Origin: an uncultured Planctomycetales bacterium
GTDB taxonomy: Bacteria; Omnitrophota; Gorgyraeia; Gygaellales; Profunditerraquicolaceae
DNA: 64,000 nucleotides
Direction of reading: 5' to 3'
Assembly: GCA_964603585.1 (NCBI GenBank)
Contig: CAZRVK010000002.1
Span: 115,513 to 179,512, forward strand
This document shows positions 46,917 through 56,215 of this stretch, piece by piece. Position 1 is the first letter of the stretch. Every line of letters starts with the position of its first letter. The translations under genes and the position numbers were made by a program. The notes beneath the pieces are model-generated. The model did no database searches. It saw only the letters and a list, made by a program, of their open reading frames with translations, and was not told the origin of the DNA.

Positions 46917-47906
46917 TTAATTCAGATTATTTCTTTCCAGGGCCGCCTTTAATATCCTGCCAATGATCTCATTATAAGAGATCCCTATCTGTTTGGCAAC
47001 CACCTCAAAAACATCTTCTGTCGATAGAGACGGCAAAGGATTGATCTCCAGGACATAGGCATTACCTTCATTATCCACCCGGAAATCAACCCGACCAAAA
47101 TCACAGCATTCAACAGCATTATAGGTGCGCAGCGCAAGCTCGGAAATTTTCTTCGCCAAGTCTGCTCCAATTCGCGCCGGACAAATATATTCCAGGCGGT
47201 CAGAAGTAATCCTGGAAAAGGTATAAAATTTATCGTTCAATTTGAGCTTGCCGTCGATTTTAATCTGAACGATCGGCATCACCTCCGGACGGTCATTCCC
47301 GATCAAGGCTACGGTAAACTCCTGCCCGGAGATAAACTGTTCTACAAGCGCCGGCTGTTTATAAATACTAATAATGCGTTCTGCCTGGGTTTTGAGCTCT
47401 TCCATGTTTTCTACCCGGGAATCTTCCGATAATCCCTTGGAGGAACCTTCAAAACGTGGCTTTACGATCATGGGGAATACCAGATGATCTGTATTTACTA
47501 AAGACTCCGGGCTTTTTATTTCAAAGAATTTTGGCGTAGGGATGCCTTCCGCGATAAAAATCTTTTTCGCCATCAACTTATCCAGGGTTAAAGCCAAAGT
47601 CAAGGCATCTGCCCCGACAAAAGGAATACCTGACATCTCTAAAAGCATCGGGACTTGGGATTCCCGGTTACGCCCGGTAAGCCCTTCGGATATATTAAAA
47701 ACGATGTCTACATCCAGCCTCCCGATAGTTTCGATTAGATTTAGGACATTGCCGATCTTCTTGACCTTGTATCCTTGTGAGGCAATCGCCTGTGCAATAA
47801 CATCTATTGTGGAAGGATGGTCGAATTCCGCGTTTGCATCCGGCGGGTCTCCCTCCTTGAACTTGTAATCGGTCTTCAAATCATAGGTTAAGCCAACTGT
47901 TTTCAT
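46917..47906 (-). CDS. ATP-grasp ligase, D-alanine--D-alanine ligase family (short form), paralog of 45899..46894
   Basis: 329 aa with the same architecture (SGIPFVGA, EQFISGQEFTVALI, VLEINPLPSL). Confidence 0.7.
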   Translation of the reverse strand: MKTVGLTYDLKTDYKFKEGDPPDANAEFDHPSTIDVIAQAIASQGYKVKKIGNVLNLIETIGRLDVDIVFNISEGLTGRNRESQVPMLLEMSGIPFVGADALTLALTLDKLMAKKIFIAEGIPTPKFFEIKSPESLVNTDHLVFPMIVKPRFEGSSKGLSEDSRVENMEELKTQAERIISIYKQPALVEQFISGQEFTVALIGNDRPEVMPIVQIKIDGKLKLNDKFYTFSRITSDRLEYICPARIGADLAKKISELALRTYNAVECCDFGRVDFRVDNEGNAYVLEINPLPSLSTEDVFEVVAKQIGISYNEIIGRILKAALERNNLN

Positions 47907-47921
47907 TATTATATAATCCCC

Positions 47922-47957
47922 AAAAAAAATAAGGGCAGGAAGAACTCAACCGCCCTT
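47922..47957 (-). terminator. Hairpin + U-run (intrinsic terminator / leader attenuator) immediately upstream of the ATP-grasp–KamA operon
   Basis: The minus strand reads AAGGGC, a 15-nt loop, GCCCTT, then AUUUUUUUU. It lies 16 nt upstream of the ATG at 47906 and downstream of a candidate promoter at 48040..48068. Confidence 0.5.
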
Positions 47958-48039
47958 AACACTCCTTTAGTTTTTACAATTGATCTCTAAGCCCTCGAAA
48001 TATATTTTTATCTGCCGAACATCTTGTATTTATATTATT

Positions 48040-48068
48040 TTTTACCACAACCTGCTGGGTTTGTCAAG
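48040..48068 (-). promoter_or_regulatory. Candidate sigma-70 promoter (TTGACA-17-TAAAAA) on the minus strand
   Basis: The reverse complement reads TTGACA, the 17-nt spacer aacccagcaggttgtgg, then TAAAAA(AT). Confidence 0.35.
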
Positions 48069-48159
48069 ATTTTTTTAAACATTACATCGACGAGAAAAAA
48101 CAATAATTACGAAAATGTTCAATTGATTCACAAAAAACAATTTATATCCCGATAACATT

Positions 48160-49101
48160 TTATCTCCCCCTTAACCTTTTTATCAATGCCGCCTTTAAAA
48201 CAGCCGGATCAGAAACAAACATCCATATCAAACGCGGACGCTTGATCAAATAATAACCCCAGCAAATGGAATCATAGGCTAATATGCCGGCGCAATGCAA
48301 CAGAATACCGATAAAACTCTCATTCTTGATAATTGTTAAATAACGGTTTCTGATCAAATCCAGATTTAAAATGTCGTTCAAATATCCCCTGGCAAAGCCT
48401 TTACCTGCGCCAGGCATTCCCCGGACAGTCCCCCCCCGGACATGATAAGCTATGGCGGAGGGCAAATAATATCCTTTCCAGCCAAACCGGTTTGCCCTCC
48501 AGGCGATATCAAGATCTGCATAAAAAATACCGAATGCCTGATCAAAATATTCTTTTTCTTTAATTTGATCCAGCATTTTTTTACGGTAAAATGCTGCTGC
48601 GCCGCTGACTCCAAAAATAAAACCCGGTTTATCAAATTGGCCCCGGTCCTTTTGGCCATAACCACGATCCTTGGCCCTGCGGAAGAAATCCGGGGATAAC
48701 CCGGTTGAATCCAGGGTTACCTTGTCTGGACGCAGGATCTTTCCGCTGACCATTCCTATCGCAGACCCCATATAAAATCCTTTAACTGCCTGCAGGATGA
48801 AATCCTGATCCAAAACAACATCATCATTAAGGCAAAGTATATACTTACCGTTACTAAAGTGAAGCCCCATATTTAAAGCCTCGGAATAAGACAGCTGTTT
48901 TTCTGTTTTGTGGAGAATAATCGAGGGGTTAAACGATAATGCCTTATTGCGGAATTCCGGGTCTGGGGTGTTATCGATCACGATAACCTGCAATGCGCGG
49001 TAAGACTGCACAGAAACCGAAGCAAGGCAATCTTTCCATAAACCATTCATGCCGGCAGTAACAATGATAACGCTAATCATTTCATTTGACCTGCTATTCA
49101 T
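48160..49101 (-). CDS. Glycosyltransferase family 2
   Basis: The N-terminus is a GT-A fold (ISVIIVTAG...DN, then DDV). The start may be the internal MISVIIV at 49080. Confidence 0.8.
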   Translation of the reverse strand: MNSRSNEMISVIIVTAGMNGLWKDCLASVSVQSYRALQVIVIDNTPDPEFRNKALSFNPSIILHKTEKQLSYSEALNMGLHFSNGKYILCLNDDVVLDQDFILQAVKGFYMGSAIGMVSGKILRPDKVTLDSTGLSPDFFRRAKDRGYGQKDRGQFDKPGFIFGVSGAAAFYRKKMLDQIKEKEYFDQAFGIFYADLDIAWRANRFGWKGYYLPSAIAYHVRGGTVRGMPGAGKGFARGYLNDILNLDLIRNRYLTIIKNESFIGILLHCAGILAYDSICWGYYLIKRPRLIWMFVSDPAVLKAALIKRLRGR

Positions 49102-49123
49102 TTTAACTTAGAATTATAACACA

Positions 49124-50230
49124 ATGTTAAGCCTATTCCTAATTCTAATCTTTTGCCGGCCGTTTATTTCATCCCTGGCCTGGCCAGAAATAAATCAGGC
49201 TCATTCCACAATATTAATTGCTTTCCTGGGATTATGGCTGTTCAAACAGAAATCTAAATTCCATCTAACCGGGAAGTTAGCCGGTTTTGGCGGCATCTTC
49301 GCTGCCGCCATACTCATTTCTATTGTATTCTCCCAGGATAAAATTGCCAGTATAAGGGAATGTTACAAATATCTATTGGCTATAATGATTTTCTTATCTT
49401 GCAGTTATTTAACCCAAAAACAGAAGAAAACAGTGGCCGATTGCCTAGTTCTAAGCGGGGTATCTATCGGCCTTGCGGCAATATATCAATTTTTCTTTGG
49501 ATTCCAGCACACCCTGGAACACCTCGATCCCGCCATACAATATTCCCAATTTACCATGGAGTATCTTTGTTTAAAACGCGTCTTTTTCCCGTTTGTTACC
49601 CCAAACATCCTGGCGGGATATCTGGCGATAACCATCCCCCTTTGCCTTACCCTTAAGCATGGCAAATTAATTGCGCTTGTGCCATTTGCTGCACTGTGCC
49701 TGACCAGATCGATCGGCGGATTATTAAGCCTGCTGATAGGATTATCAGTTTATTATTATTTAAAAGGCATAAATAGGAAAATGTTTCTCGGTATATGCGC
49801 CATAGCTGTTATCTCGGGATTGATCTTCGTCTGGAGGTCAACAGGGACACATGCGCATATCAAGCCGTTTTTTTCCTTAAGCATGAGAATGGATTATTGG
49901 GAGCAAACCTTACGCATAATCCGGGAGTTCCCTTTGACCGGGATAGGTATAGGGAATTTTAATCTGGCAGCTTCACGCTACGCTCATAATTCTTATTTGC
50001 AAATATGGGCAGAAATGGGAATCCTGGGATTAATCAGCATACTCTGGATATCTGCAGATACCCTTAAACACCTGGTTAAAAGGATAAAAAACTCTCCCGC
50101 ACAAAATATTCTTTACGGGTTAGCAGCGGCAAACGCAGTGTTTTTGATAAACAATGTTTACAGCTTTGACTTCTTCTTACCGGAAATCAGTCTTATCTGG
50201 TGGGCAATTCTTGGCTTGAGCAGAGAATAG
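49124..50230 (+). CDS. O-antigen ligase/polymerase family (Wzy/WaaL-like) membrane protein
   Basis: 368 aa with about 10 TM helices and a periplasmic loop carrying H...Y.N.YLQ-like residues (YAHNSYLQIWAEMG). Confidence 0.6.
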   Translation: MLSLFLILIFCRPFISSLAWPEINQAHSTILIAFLGLWLFKQKSKFHLTGKLAGFGGIFAAAILISIVFSQDKIASIRECYKYLLAIMIFLSCSYLTQKQKKTVADCLVLSGVSIGLAAIYQFFFGFQHTLEHLDPAIQYSQFTMEYLCLKRVFFPFVTPNILAGYLAITIPLCLTLKHGKLIALVPFAALCLTRSIGGLLSLLIGLSVYYYLKGINRKMFLGICAIAVISGLIFVWRSTGTHAHIKPFFSLSMRMDYWEQTLRIIREFPLTGIGIGNFNLAASRYAHNSYLQIWAEMGILGLISILWISADTLKHLVKRIKNSPAQNILYGLAAANAVFLINNVYSFDFFLPEISLIWWAILGLSRE

Positions 50231-51937
50231 GTCATAAAATGATTTGTTTTCCCTTAATAATCTGCCGGCTTCTCCGGAAATAACCTTATCCGCCGATGAC
50301 AGAAAATAAACCCGGTCCGCATGCATAACGGCGGAAAGCCGGTGGGAAACAAGGATAACGCTTGAGATCCCCGGAGACCTCTTGAGCCTGGCAAGGATCC
50401 GTTCTTCACTTTCTGAATCCATCGATGACATAGCCTCATCAAGGATGAGTATCTTGGGCCTCTTTACTATCGCCCGGGCAATAGCCAGCCGCTGTTTTTG
50501 CCCCTCGGATATCTTACAGGCGTTCTCGCCAATAATGCTTTTGTATCCTGCCGGCAGACGCTGAATAAATTCATCCGCTTCGGTTAAAACAGCAGCTTCG
50601 ATAATATCACTCATCCTGACCGAAGCATCCCCATATCGTAGATTATTCTCGATAGTGTCATTCCATAAAAACGGGTCTTGCAAGGCAATGCCTATCTGAG
50701 CACGTAACGAACGCAATCGATAATCGCAAATATTGCGTCCGTCAATGAAAATCGTTCCCGCCTCCGGTTGATACAACCTAAGGATCAAATTCAATATAGT
50801 AGTCTTGCCGCTGGCGGAATGCCCGACTAAAGCATTGACCCCCATGCCAAAAGACAAATCCATGCCTTTCAATAAATACCCTTGGCGGCCATATCTGAAA
50901 ACAACGCCTTGGAGCCTGATTTCAGGGTTTTTGATAAGTATATCCCTGGCCTGCGGGCCATCGGCTATACTGCTTTTTTCTTTCAATAGGTCTTCCAGCC
51001 TTTTACAAGAGACTAACCCGAGAGAGATCCTCTGGAAGGCAAATGCAATCCTTGACTGGATATTTACCAGTTGGGATAAATATAACATGATCGCAGTAAA
51101 CGTCCCCATGGAGATCCTTCCGCGGATAACTTGGTATCCTCCAAAAAGGGTGATCATCCCGACCATTATCCTCTCGAGGCTGGAACCCAGGAAATTACTT
51201 ATGATCTCTAACCTTATACTTTTATAATTGATCCGTATGTTATTAGTTAAGGCTCTAAGATAATTCACTGACTCTTTTTTTTCCTTACCGAAAGCCTTTA
51301 CCAGGTACATATGGGAGAAAACTTCCTGTAACCTTTTAAAAATATTTTGCGAATTAACCAGCCATTCCCCCAGGGCCTTGCGCATGCGTAAAGTAAAAAA
51401 TGATACCGGCAAATATAAAACCGGGACAAGCAGTAAAGTGAATCCGGCCATTTGCCAATCAAGATAAGAAACGACGATCAGGGTAAGGAATAACTTCGGC
51501 AGGATATTAATAAGCTCTTCGGGGACACCGGAAATAAAATCGACCACCCTTTCGATATCATAACTTATCTTGAACATATGTTCACCGGTGGATTTATCCT
51601 GAAAGAAATCCACCGATAATCCCTGCAAATGGCTGAAGACTTTGCGATTTATTGCAAAACGCAGCTTTAAAGCAATCTTTTTCTTGAAGAAATTTTCCAG
51701 GGCCTTGATAACACCATCTATAATAAATACCCCTGCTCCGATAACCCCCAGGAAAAAGAAAGATTTCAGGTCTTTACCCATAATCGAGCGGTCCACTATC
51801 AGTTTGCCAAGATAAGGATTGACTAAACCCAGCAAAACGCTGATCCCGCTAAGAGCTAATATCATTACCTGCAATGCACGGTAAGGATAGACATATTTAA
51901 GGAATTTTAAAAAAAGCCTTAATTGTTCTTTATACAT
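50177..51937 (-). CDS. ABC transporter ATP-binding/permease protein (MsbA-like exporter)
   Basis: A 6-TM N-domain followed by an NBD with Walker A GHSASGKTT, signature LSEGQKQRLAIARA and Walker B ILILDEA. Confidence 0.9.
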   Translation of the reverse strand: MYKEQLRLFLKFLKYVYPYRALQVMILALSGISVLLGLVNPYLGKLIVDRSIMGKDLKSFFFLGVIGAGVFIIDGVIKALENFFKKKIALKLRFAINRKVFSHLQGLSVDFFQDKSTGEHMFKISYDIERVVDFISGVPEELINILPKLFLTLIVVSYLDWQMAGFTLLLVPVLYLPVSFFTLRMRKALGEWLVNSQNIFKRLQEVFSHMYLVKAFGKEKKESVNYLRALTNNIRINYKSIRLEIISNFLGSSLERIMVGMITLFGGYQVIRGRISMGTFTAIMLYLSQLVNIQSRIAFAFQRISLGLVSCKRLEDLLKEKSSIADGPQARDILIKNPEIRLQGVVFRYGRQGYLLKGMDLSFGMGVNALVGHSASGKTTILNLILRLYQPEAGTIFIDGRNICDYRLRSLRAQIGIALQDPFLWNDTIENNLRYGDASVRMSDIIEAAVLTEADEFIQRLPAGYKSIIGENACKISEGQKQRLAIARAIVKRPKILILDEAMSSMDSESEERILARLKRSPGISSVILVSHRLSAVMHADRVYFLSSADKVISGEAGRLLRENKSFYDLFSAQAKNCPPDKTDFR

Positions 51938-52785
51938 TGCCTTTTATCTAAAAAAGCCTTGCGCACATAATGATTGGTTAGGAATAAATACCCCATACGG
52001 GGAAGATCATACAATAACCCCGGGAAGAACTTCTTACCGTAATGTCTCGCGCCTTCGTTTTTGGCTATCATATAATAACGGTTTCGCCAGCAGAGATACT
52101 GCCGGAAGAGCTTATCAAAACCGCTGCTGCCGCCGCTATGGCAGCATTTTGCCGCCGGATAAAAAACCGCCTTCCATCCCGCAATCTGCGCGCGCCAGGA
52201 CAGATCCACATCTTCTACCATAAAGAAAAATCTCTCGTCGAAATAACCATTTTCGTCTTTGATCTCAAGCAGCATCTTACGCCGGTAAAAACCGGCACAA
52301 GAGCAAAGGCCAAAAATATTTGTGATCCTGCCGTACCTGACATCATCCTTCTTATTGCTGGCGATATTAAAAAACCTGCGAAACTTGCTAAGATATATGC
52401 CGCAAGAAAACAGGGTCTTCTCATCGGGATTCAATATCTTAGGCTGAACCATTCCCACAGGATATTTCATCTCCTTGATAAAACCAAGTGCTGAATCAAT
52501 AAACCCATCGCAAAGCCTGACATCGCAATCCAGGGTTAATATCCATTCTCCGCTTGAGGCATCAATCCCCTGGTTCCTTGCCCGGGAAGCGCCAAGATTA
52601 TTCTTATTCTCGATCACTTTAACCCGGGGATATTGCCTTTTGACAAAATCTACCGTCCCGTCGTCTGATCCGTTATCTACAAGAATAACCTCGATCTGGG
52701 CGCTTTTAATCTGCGAAAACAAGGAATCCAGACATGCATCGGCTGCGGAAAGGTTGTTAAAGGTCAAAATTACTACTGAAAGCAT
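51919..52785 (-). CDS. Glycosyltransferase family 2
   Basis: MLSVVILTFNNLSAADACLDSL...VDNGSDDGT and a DxD motif (LDCD). Confidence 0.85.
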   Translation of the reverse strand: MLSVVILTFNNLSAADACLDSLFSQIKSAQIEVILVDNGSDDGTVDFVKRQYPRVKVIENKNNLGASRARNQGIDASSGEWILTLDCDVRLCDGFIDSALGFIKEMKYPVGMVQPKILNPDEKTLFSCGIYLSKFRRFFNIASNKKDDVRYGRITNIFGLCSCAGFYRRKMLLEIKDENGYFDERFFFMVEDVDLSWRAQIAGWKAVFYPAAKCCHSGGSSGFDKLFRQYLCWRNRYYMIAKNEGARHYGKKFFPGLLYDLPRMGYLFLTNHYVRKAFLDKRQCIKNN

Positions 52786-54109
52786 TCTTTATCCCCTCTA
52801 AATCTTTTATGGTTAAATCATCATTGTAGGCTTTGGGTTTCGAGTTCCCATCATAATCCTGCCATTCGCAAGGGAGCTGTTCTTTTTTGGCTCTCAAATA
52901 ATTAAAATATTGCGTCCCCGGGAAAGGCGTGGCAAAAGAGAATTGCACGGAATCAGGATGCACGTCTTTTATATAACCTACAGTCGCCTTTAACGTGTCC
53001 TTGTTTTCTCCCGGCAGTCCAAGGCAAAATGTCAGGTGCACCTTTACTCCGGACCTTTTAGTGGCCTTAATCATGGAGGTAGCTTTATCCAAATCCAGAT
53101 TTTTCCGGCAGAGGCTTAAAATCCCTTTATCCGCGGATTCGATCCCGTATTTGATCGCATAAAGTCCGGCCTCGGACATATTATCCAGCAATTCTTCATC
53201 CATAAGATCTGCTCTTGCCATTACCGCCCAGGGGACTTTGATCCCTCTATTCTTTATTTGAGCGCAAATATCCAGAACATGCCTGCGGTCAACATTAAAG
53301 ACATCATCATCAAAATATACCGCCTTAAAATCGAATTTATTTAAAAGATACTCCATCTCATCTACGACATCTACCGGGTTTCTTTTTCTATAGCCTTTAT
53401 TCCGGTAAATTACTTGTGGCCAAAGACAAAAACTGCAGCAAAAAGGGCACCCCCGGCTGCTCCACATCTGCACGTTGGGAACAGCTAACCCGGCAAAACC
53501 ATCATTGTAATTGTAAATCGGCACATCCAACCTTTCCGGCCAGGGTAAAGCATCTATCTCGATATCCAAAGACGGCTCATTGATAATTATTCCCGAGGCA
53601 GAACGTAACCCCAATCCCCCGACATTTTTAGGATCGCATCCTCGCTCTAAACAAGTTACCAGTTCTACTAACGCCATTTCATACTCCGCGATAAGCACGT
53701 AATCAATAAAATCGTATTCATCCAGGATCTGACGGGCAAAAGTACTGGCATGAGTCCCGCAAAGAGCAATTTGTACAGAAGGTGCTTTACGGAGAATCTT
53801 ACGGACCAGACTAAGATCATTCTTAAAAGAGGGGGTCGAAACTTCCACTACCGCCAGCGCAGGATCAAAATCGGCTATTTTACGAATACACTCCTCTTCG
53901 GAGATCCTTTCTGCAATGGCATCGATCAATTTCGCTTCTTTTCCCCGGCTTTTCATGAACGCTGCGGCATAAGCAAGAAAAAAAGGAAAAGGGATATAAT
54001 GGAGTTTTCCGTCTGCCTCCGGCAGAGCGGTAAAAGGCCAGCGGGAACCCGACCTTACCCCCAGCCTATTATCCTCAAACCAAGGCAGGTTAACTAAAAC
54101 TGTACGCAT
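52757..54109 (-). CDS. B12-binding domain radical SAM protein
   Basis: An N-terminal cobalamin-binding-like domain. GCPFCCSFC fits CxxxCxxC, and a PGENKDT-type region follows. Confidence 0.8.
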   Translation of the reverse strand: MRTVLVNLPWFEDNRLGVRSGSRWPFTALPEADGKLHYIPFPFFLAYAAAFMKSRGKEAKLIDAIAERISEEECIRKIADFDPALAVVEVSTPSFKNDLSLVRKILRKAPSVQIALCGTHASTFARQILDEYDFIDYVLIAEYEMALVELVTCLERGCDPKNVGGLGLRSASGIIINEPSLDIEIDALPWPERLDVPIYNYNDGFAGLAVPNVQMWSSRGCPFCCSFCLWPQVIYRNKGYRKRNPVDVVDEMEYLLNKFDFKAVYFDDDVFNVDRRHVLDICAQIKNRGIKVPWAVMARADLMDEELLDNMSEAGLYAIKYGIESADKGILSLCRKNLDLDKATSMIKATKRSGVKVHLTFCLGLPGENKDTLKATVGYIKDVHPDSVQFSFATPFPGTQYFNYLRAKKEQLPCEWQDYDGNSKPKAYNDDLTIKDLEGIKNAFSSNFDL

Positions 54110-54110
54110 A

Positions 54111-54920
54111 TTATTTATTCAGGTTAAGGTGTTGCTCGATCTGTTCAAAGAATATCTTGATCTTAGAGATGTTCTGGTTCACATCTTTGGAATCACAATT
54201 GATGCACTCCGTGACACTGCGCAGGAGATCTAAGTTTTTAAGCAATATGGCACATTGCTCCTGAATGGCTTTTTGCAGATTATCTTGAGCAACCATAAAA
54301 GATTTGTTGAGAGCCTCCCGGGTTTGGTTAAGATCCCAGTCTATTTTATCCAGGCTGGTCCTTAAAGTAGATACCCCTTCCCTGGCATCATATTGGGACT
54401 GGCTTAAAAGGTCTTTGAGCTCTTCCAACATTTGAAGGGCATCCCCATTCAGCTCGGTTAAGACATTGTTTAATGTTACCATCCCGGCCTTAACATCCAG
54501 ATCAAACCGGCCGATACTATCATTAATACCTTTGAGCGCACGATTGGTATCCAAACTGCCCCTGATCAATCCTTCATTCAAAGACTCTAACATCCTCTCC
54601 GCCTGCGCAAAGAATACCACCAGTCGCGTATCCATATCAGTTAATCTTTGGTTTAGATATTTCGAGATCAACTGCACCTCAAACTTAAGGTCAAAAAGCA
54701 TTTGGCCAAGGTCGGCAAATACACGAATAAGCGCCGATAACAAAATACCGGCTAATATTACTGCCAGAGGTATCAATGGCGGCTTAGACTTATCGGGCAT
54801 GGAAACGAACAAATAAACACCTAAGCATACGCCGAATATAGAGATAAGCCAGGAAAACACCAAAAGAACTAATACCGAAGGCAATTTTTTAATCTTCATT
54901 TGGACGCTCCTTTTGGGCAA
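54111..54920 (-). CDS. Membrane-anchored coiled-coil protein
   Basis: Two N-terminal TM helices followed by ~200 aa of coiled coil. A Wzz-like role is my speculation. Confidence 0.35.
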   Translation of the reverse strand: MPKRSVQMKIKKLPSVLVLLVFSWLISIFGVCLGVYLFVSMPDKSKPPLIPLAVILAGILLSALIRVFADLGQMLFDLKFEVQLISKYLNQRLTDMDTRLVVFFAQAERMLESLNEGLIRGSLDTNRALKGINDSIGRFDLDVKAGMVTLNNVLTELNGDALQMLEELKDLLSQSQYDAREGVSTLRTSLDKIDWDLNQTREALNKSFMVAQDNLQKAIQEQCAILLKNLDLLRSVTECINCDSKDVNQNISKIKIFFEQIEQHLNLNK

Positions 54921-56215
54921 AATACATTTCTGCTCTTTTCCTGGGACATCTCCAGCATAGGGATAATCCCGGGGAATCTATCGATCAAATTCTGTAACCA
55001 CAGGTCAATATTATCTGCAACACTCAAGAAATGGCTTTTAATATAAGCATGTTTTTTTGTCAGGAATCCGCTCCAATCCGGATGGCGTTCAACCAGAATG
55101 ATCAGCTTCTCCAGCAACTTGCTATCGCTAACCGCATATACACAGGTCAATAAATCCCGGTAAAGTTCCCGTTGAAAATCGATATTCTTAAACCTGTCTT
55201 TTATTCCTTTGGCGGTAACAAGGATCATGGCTAAAATACTTTGCGCAAACTCCTGACGGGGATAGAGAAAGGTGGGGATATTATCCCAGGCTAATGCATA
55301 CTGATAAAAAAAAGCCAGATCCAATAAGGCCAGCCAGGAAGATAATAAGTGGTCCGAAGCGCGGCCCAATTCATCTTTTCCCTGAAAGATCAAAAGTTCA
55401 AGGTCTTTCAGACAATGGTGAAAAACCAGCAGGAAATCAAGATAAATAAGCTCTACCCGCGCGCAAACCAAATCCTCCTCTAAATAACGGTTGGCCAATC
55501 CGACATTATCCTTCATTTTAAAAGCAAAGCTTTCTGGAGCGGAATAATACTCTTTTTCCTGATAATATCTAACGTGCCATCTCCAATATGTGTTTAAAAG
55601 CGAGGCCAGATCATCTTTTTTCAGATGATGGCATACAGCCTGTGGCTGATACGATAAACCATATCCTAAACTGCTAAGCCTGCGGCTTAAATCAACGTCC
55701 TCATAATTATTTTTAAGCTGCTCATTATAAAAACCGACCAGGCTAAGCGCCTTTTTGCTGAATACCGTGTTTGAGCCAAAAAGAAATTCCGGCGGGCGCA
55801 AGGGATCATCCCAATACTGCCGCATATGCACAGAACGCCAAAGGTCAAATACCGAAGAAATATTGTCTTCAACCAATTTCCCCCCGGCTCCGGCGATATT
55901 CGGATTATCGAATCCTCGCATTAAAGACGACAGCCATGTGCTTTCCGGGATGCAATCAGCGTCTAAAGCAGCGATGTATTCGCTCTCGATGGACTTTATC
56001 GCGGTATTTCTGGCGCAGGCTAATCCCAGATTATACTGGTGTCTTAATAATCTTACCGGATACCTCCCGGCAATTTGACCGGTGCCATCGCTTGATCCAT
56101 CATCGACGACTACTATCTCCTCCACCGGATAATCCTGCTTAAGGACAGCCTCCAGGCAACAGGCAATCGTAGAAGCGGCATTAAAACAAGGGATATAGAT
56201 ACTGGTCTTCTTCAT
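54896..56215 (-). CDS. Glycosyltransferase family 2 with C-terminal helical extension
   Basis: IYIPCFNAASTIACCLEAVLKQDYPVEEIVVVDDGSSDGT and a DxD motif (LDADC). Confidence 0.8.
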   Translation of the reverse strand: MKKTSIYIPCFNAASTIACCLEAVLKQDYPVEEIVVVDDGSSDGTGQIAGRYPVRLLRHQYNLGLACARNTAIKSIESEYIAALDADCIPESTWLSSLMRGFDNPNIAGAGGKLVEDNISSVFDLWRSVHMRQYWDDPLRPPEFLFGSNTVFSKKALSLVGFYNEQLKNNYEDVDLSRRLSSLGYGLSYQPQAVCHHLKKDDLASLLNTYWRWHVRYYQEKEYYSAPESFAFKMKDNVGLANRYLEEDLVCARVELIYLDFLLVFHHCLKDLELLIFQGKDELGRASDHLLSSWLALLDLAFFYQYALAWDNIPTFLYPRQEFAQSILAMILVTAKGIKDRFKNIDFQRELYRDLLTCVYAVSDSKLLEKLIILVERHPDWSGFLTKKHAYIKSHFLSVADNIDLWLQNLIDRFPGIIPMLEMSQEKSRNVFCPKGASK

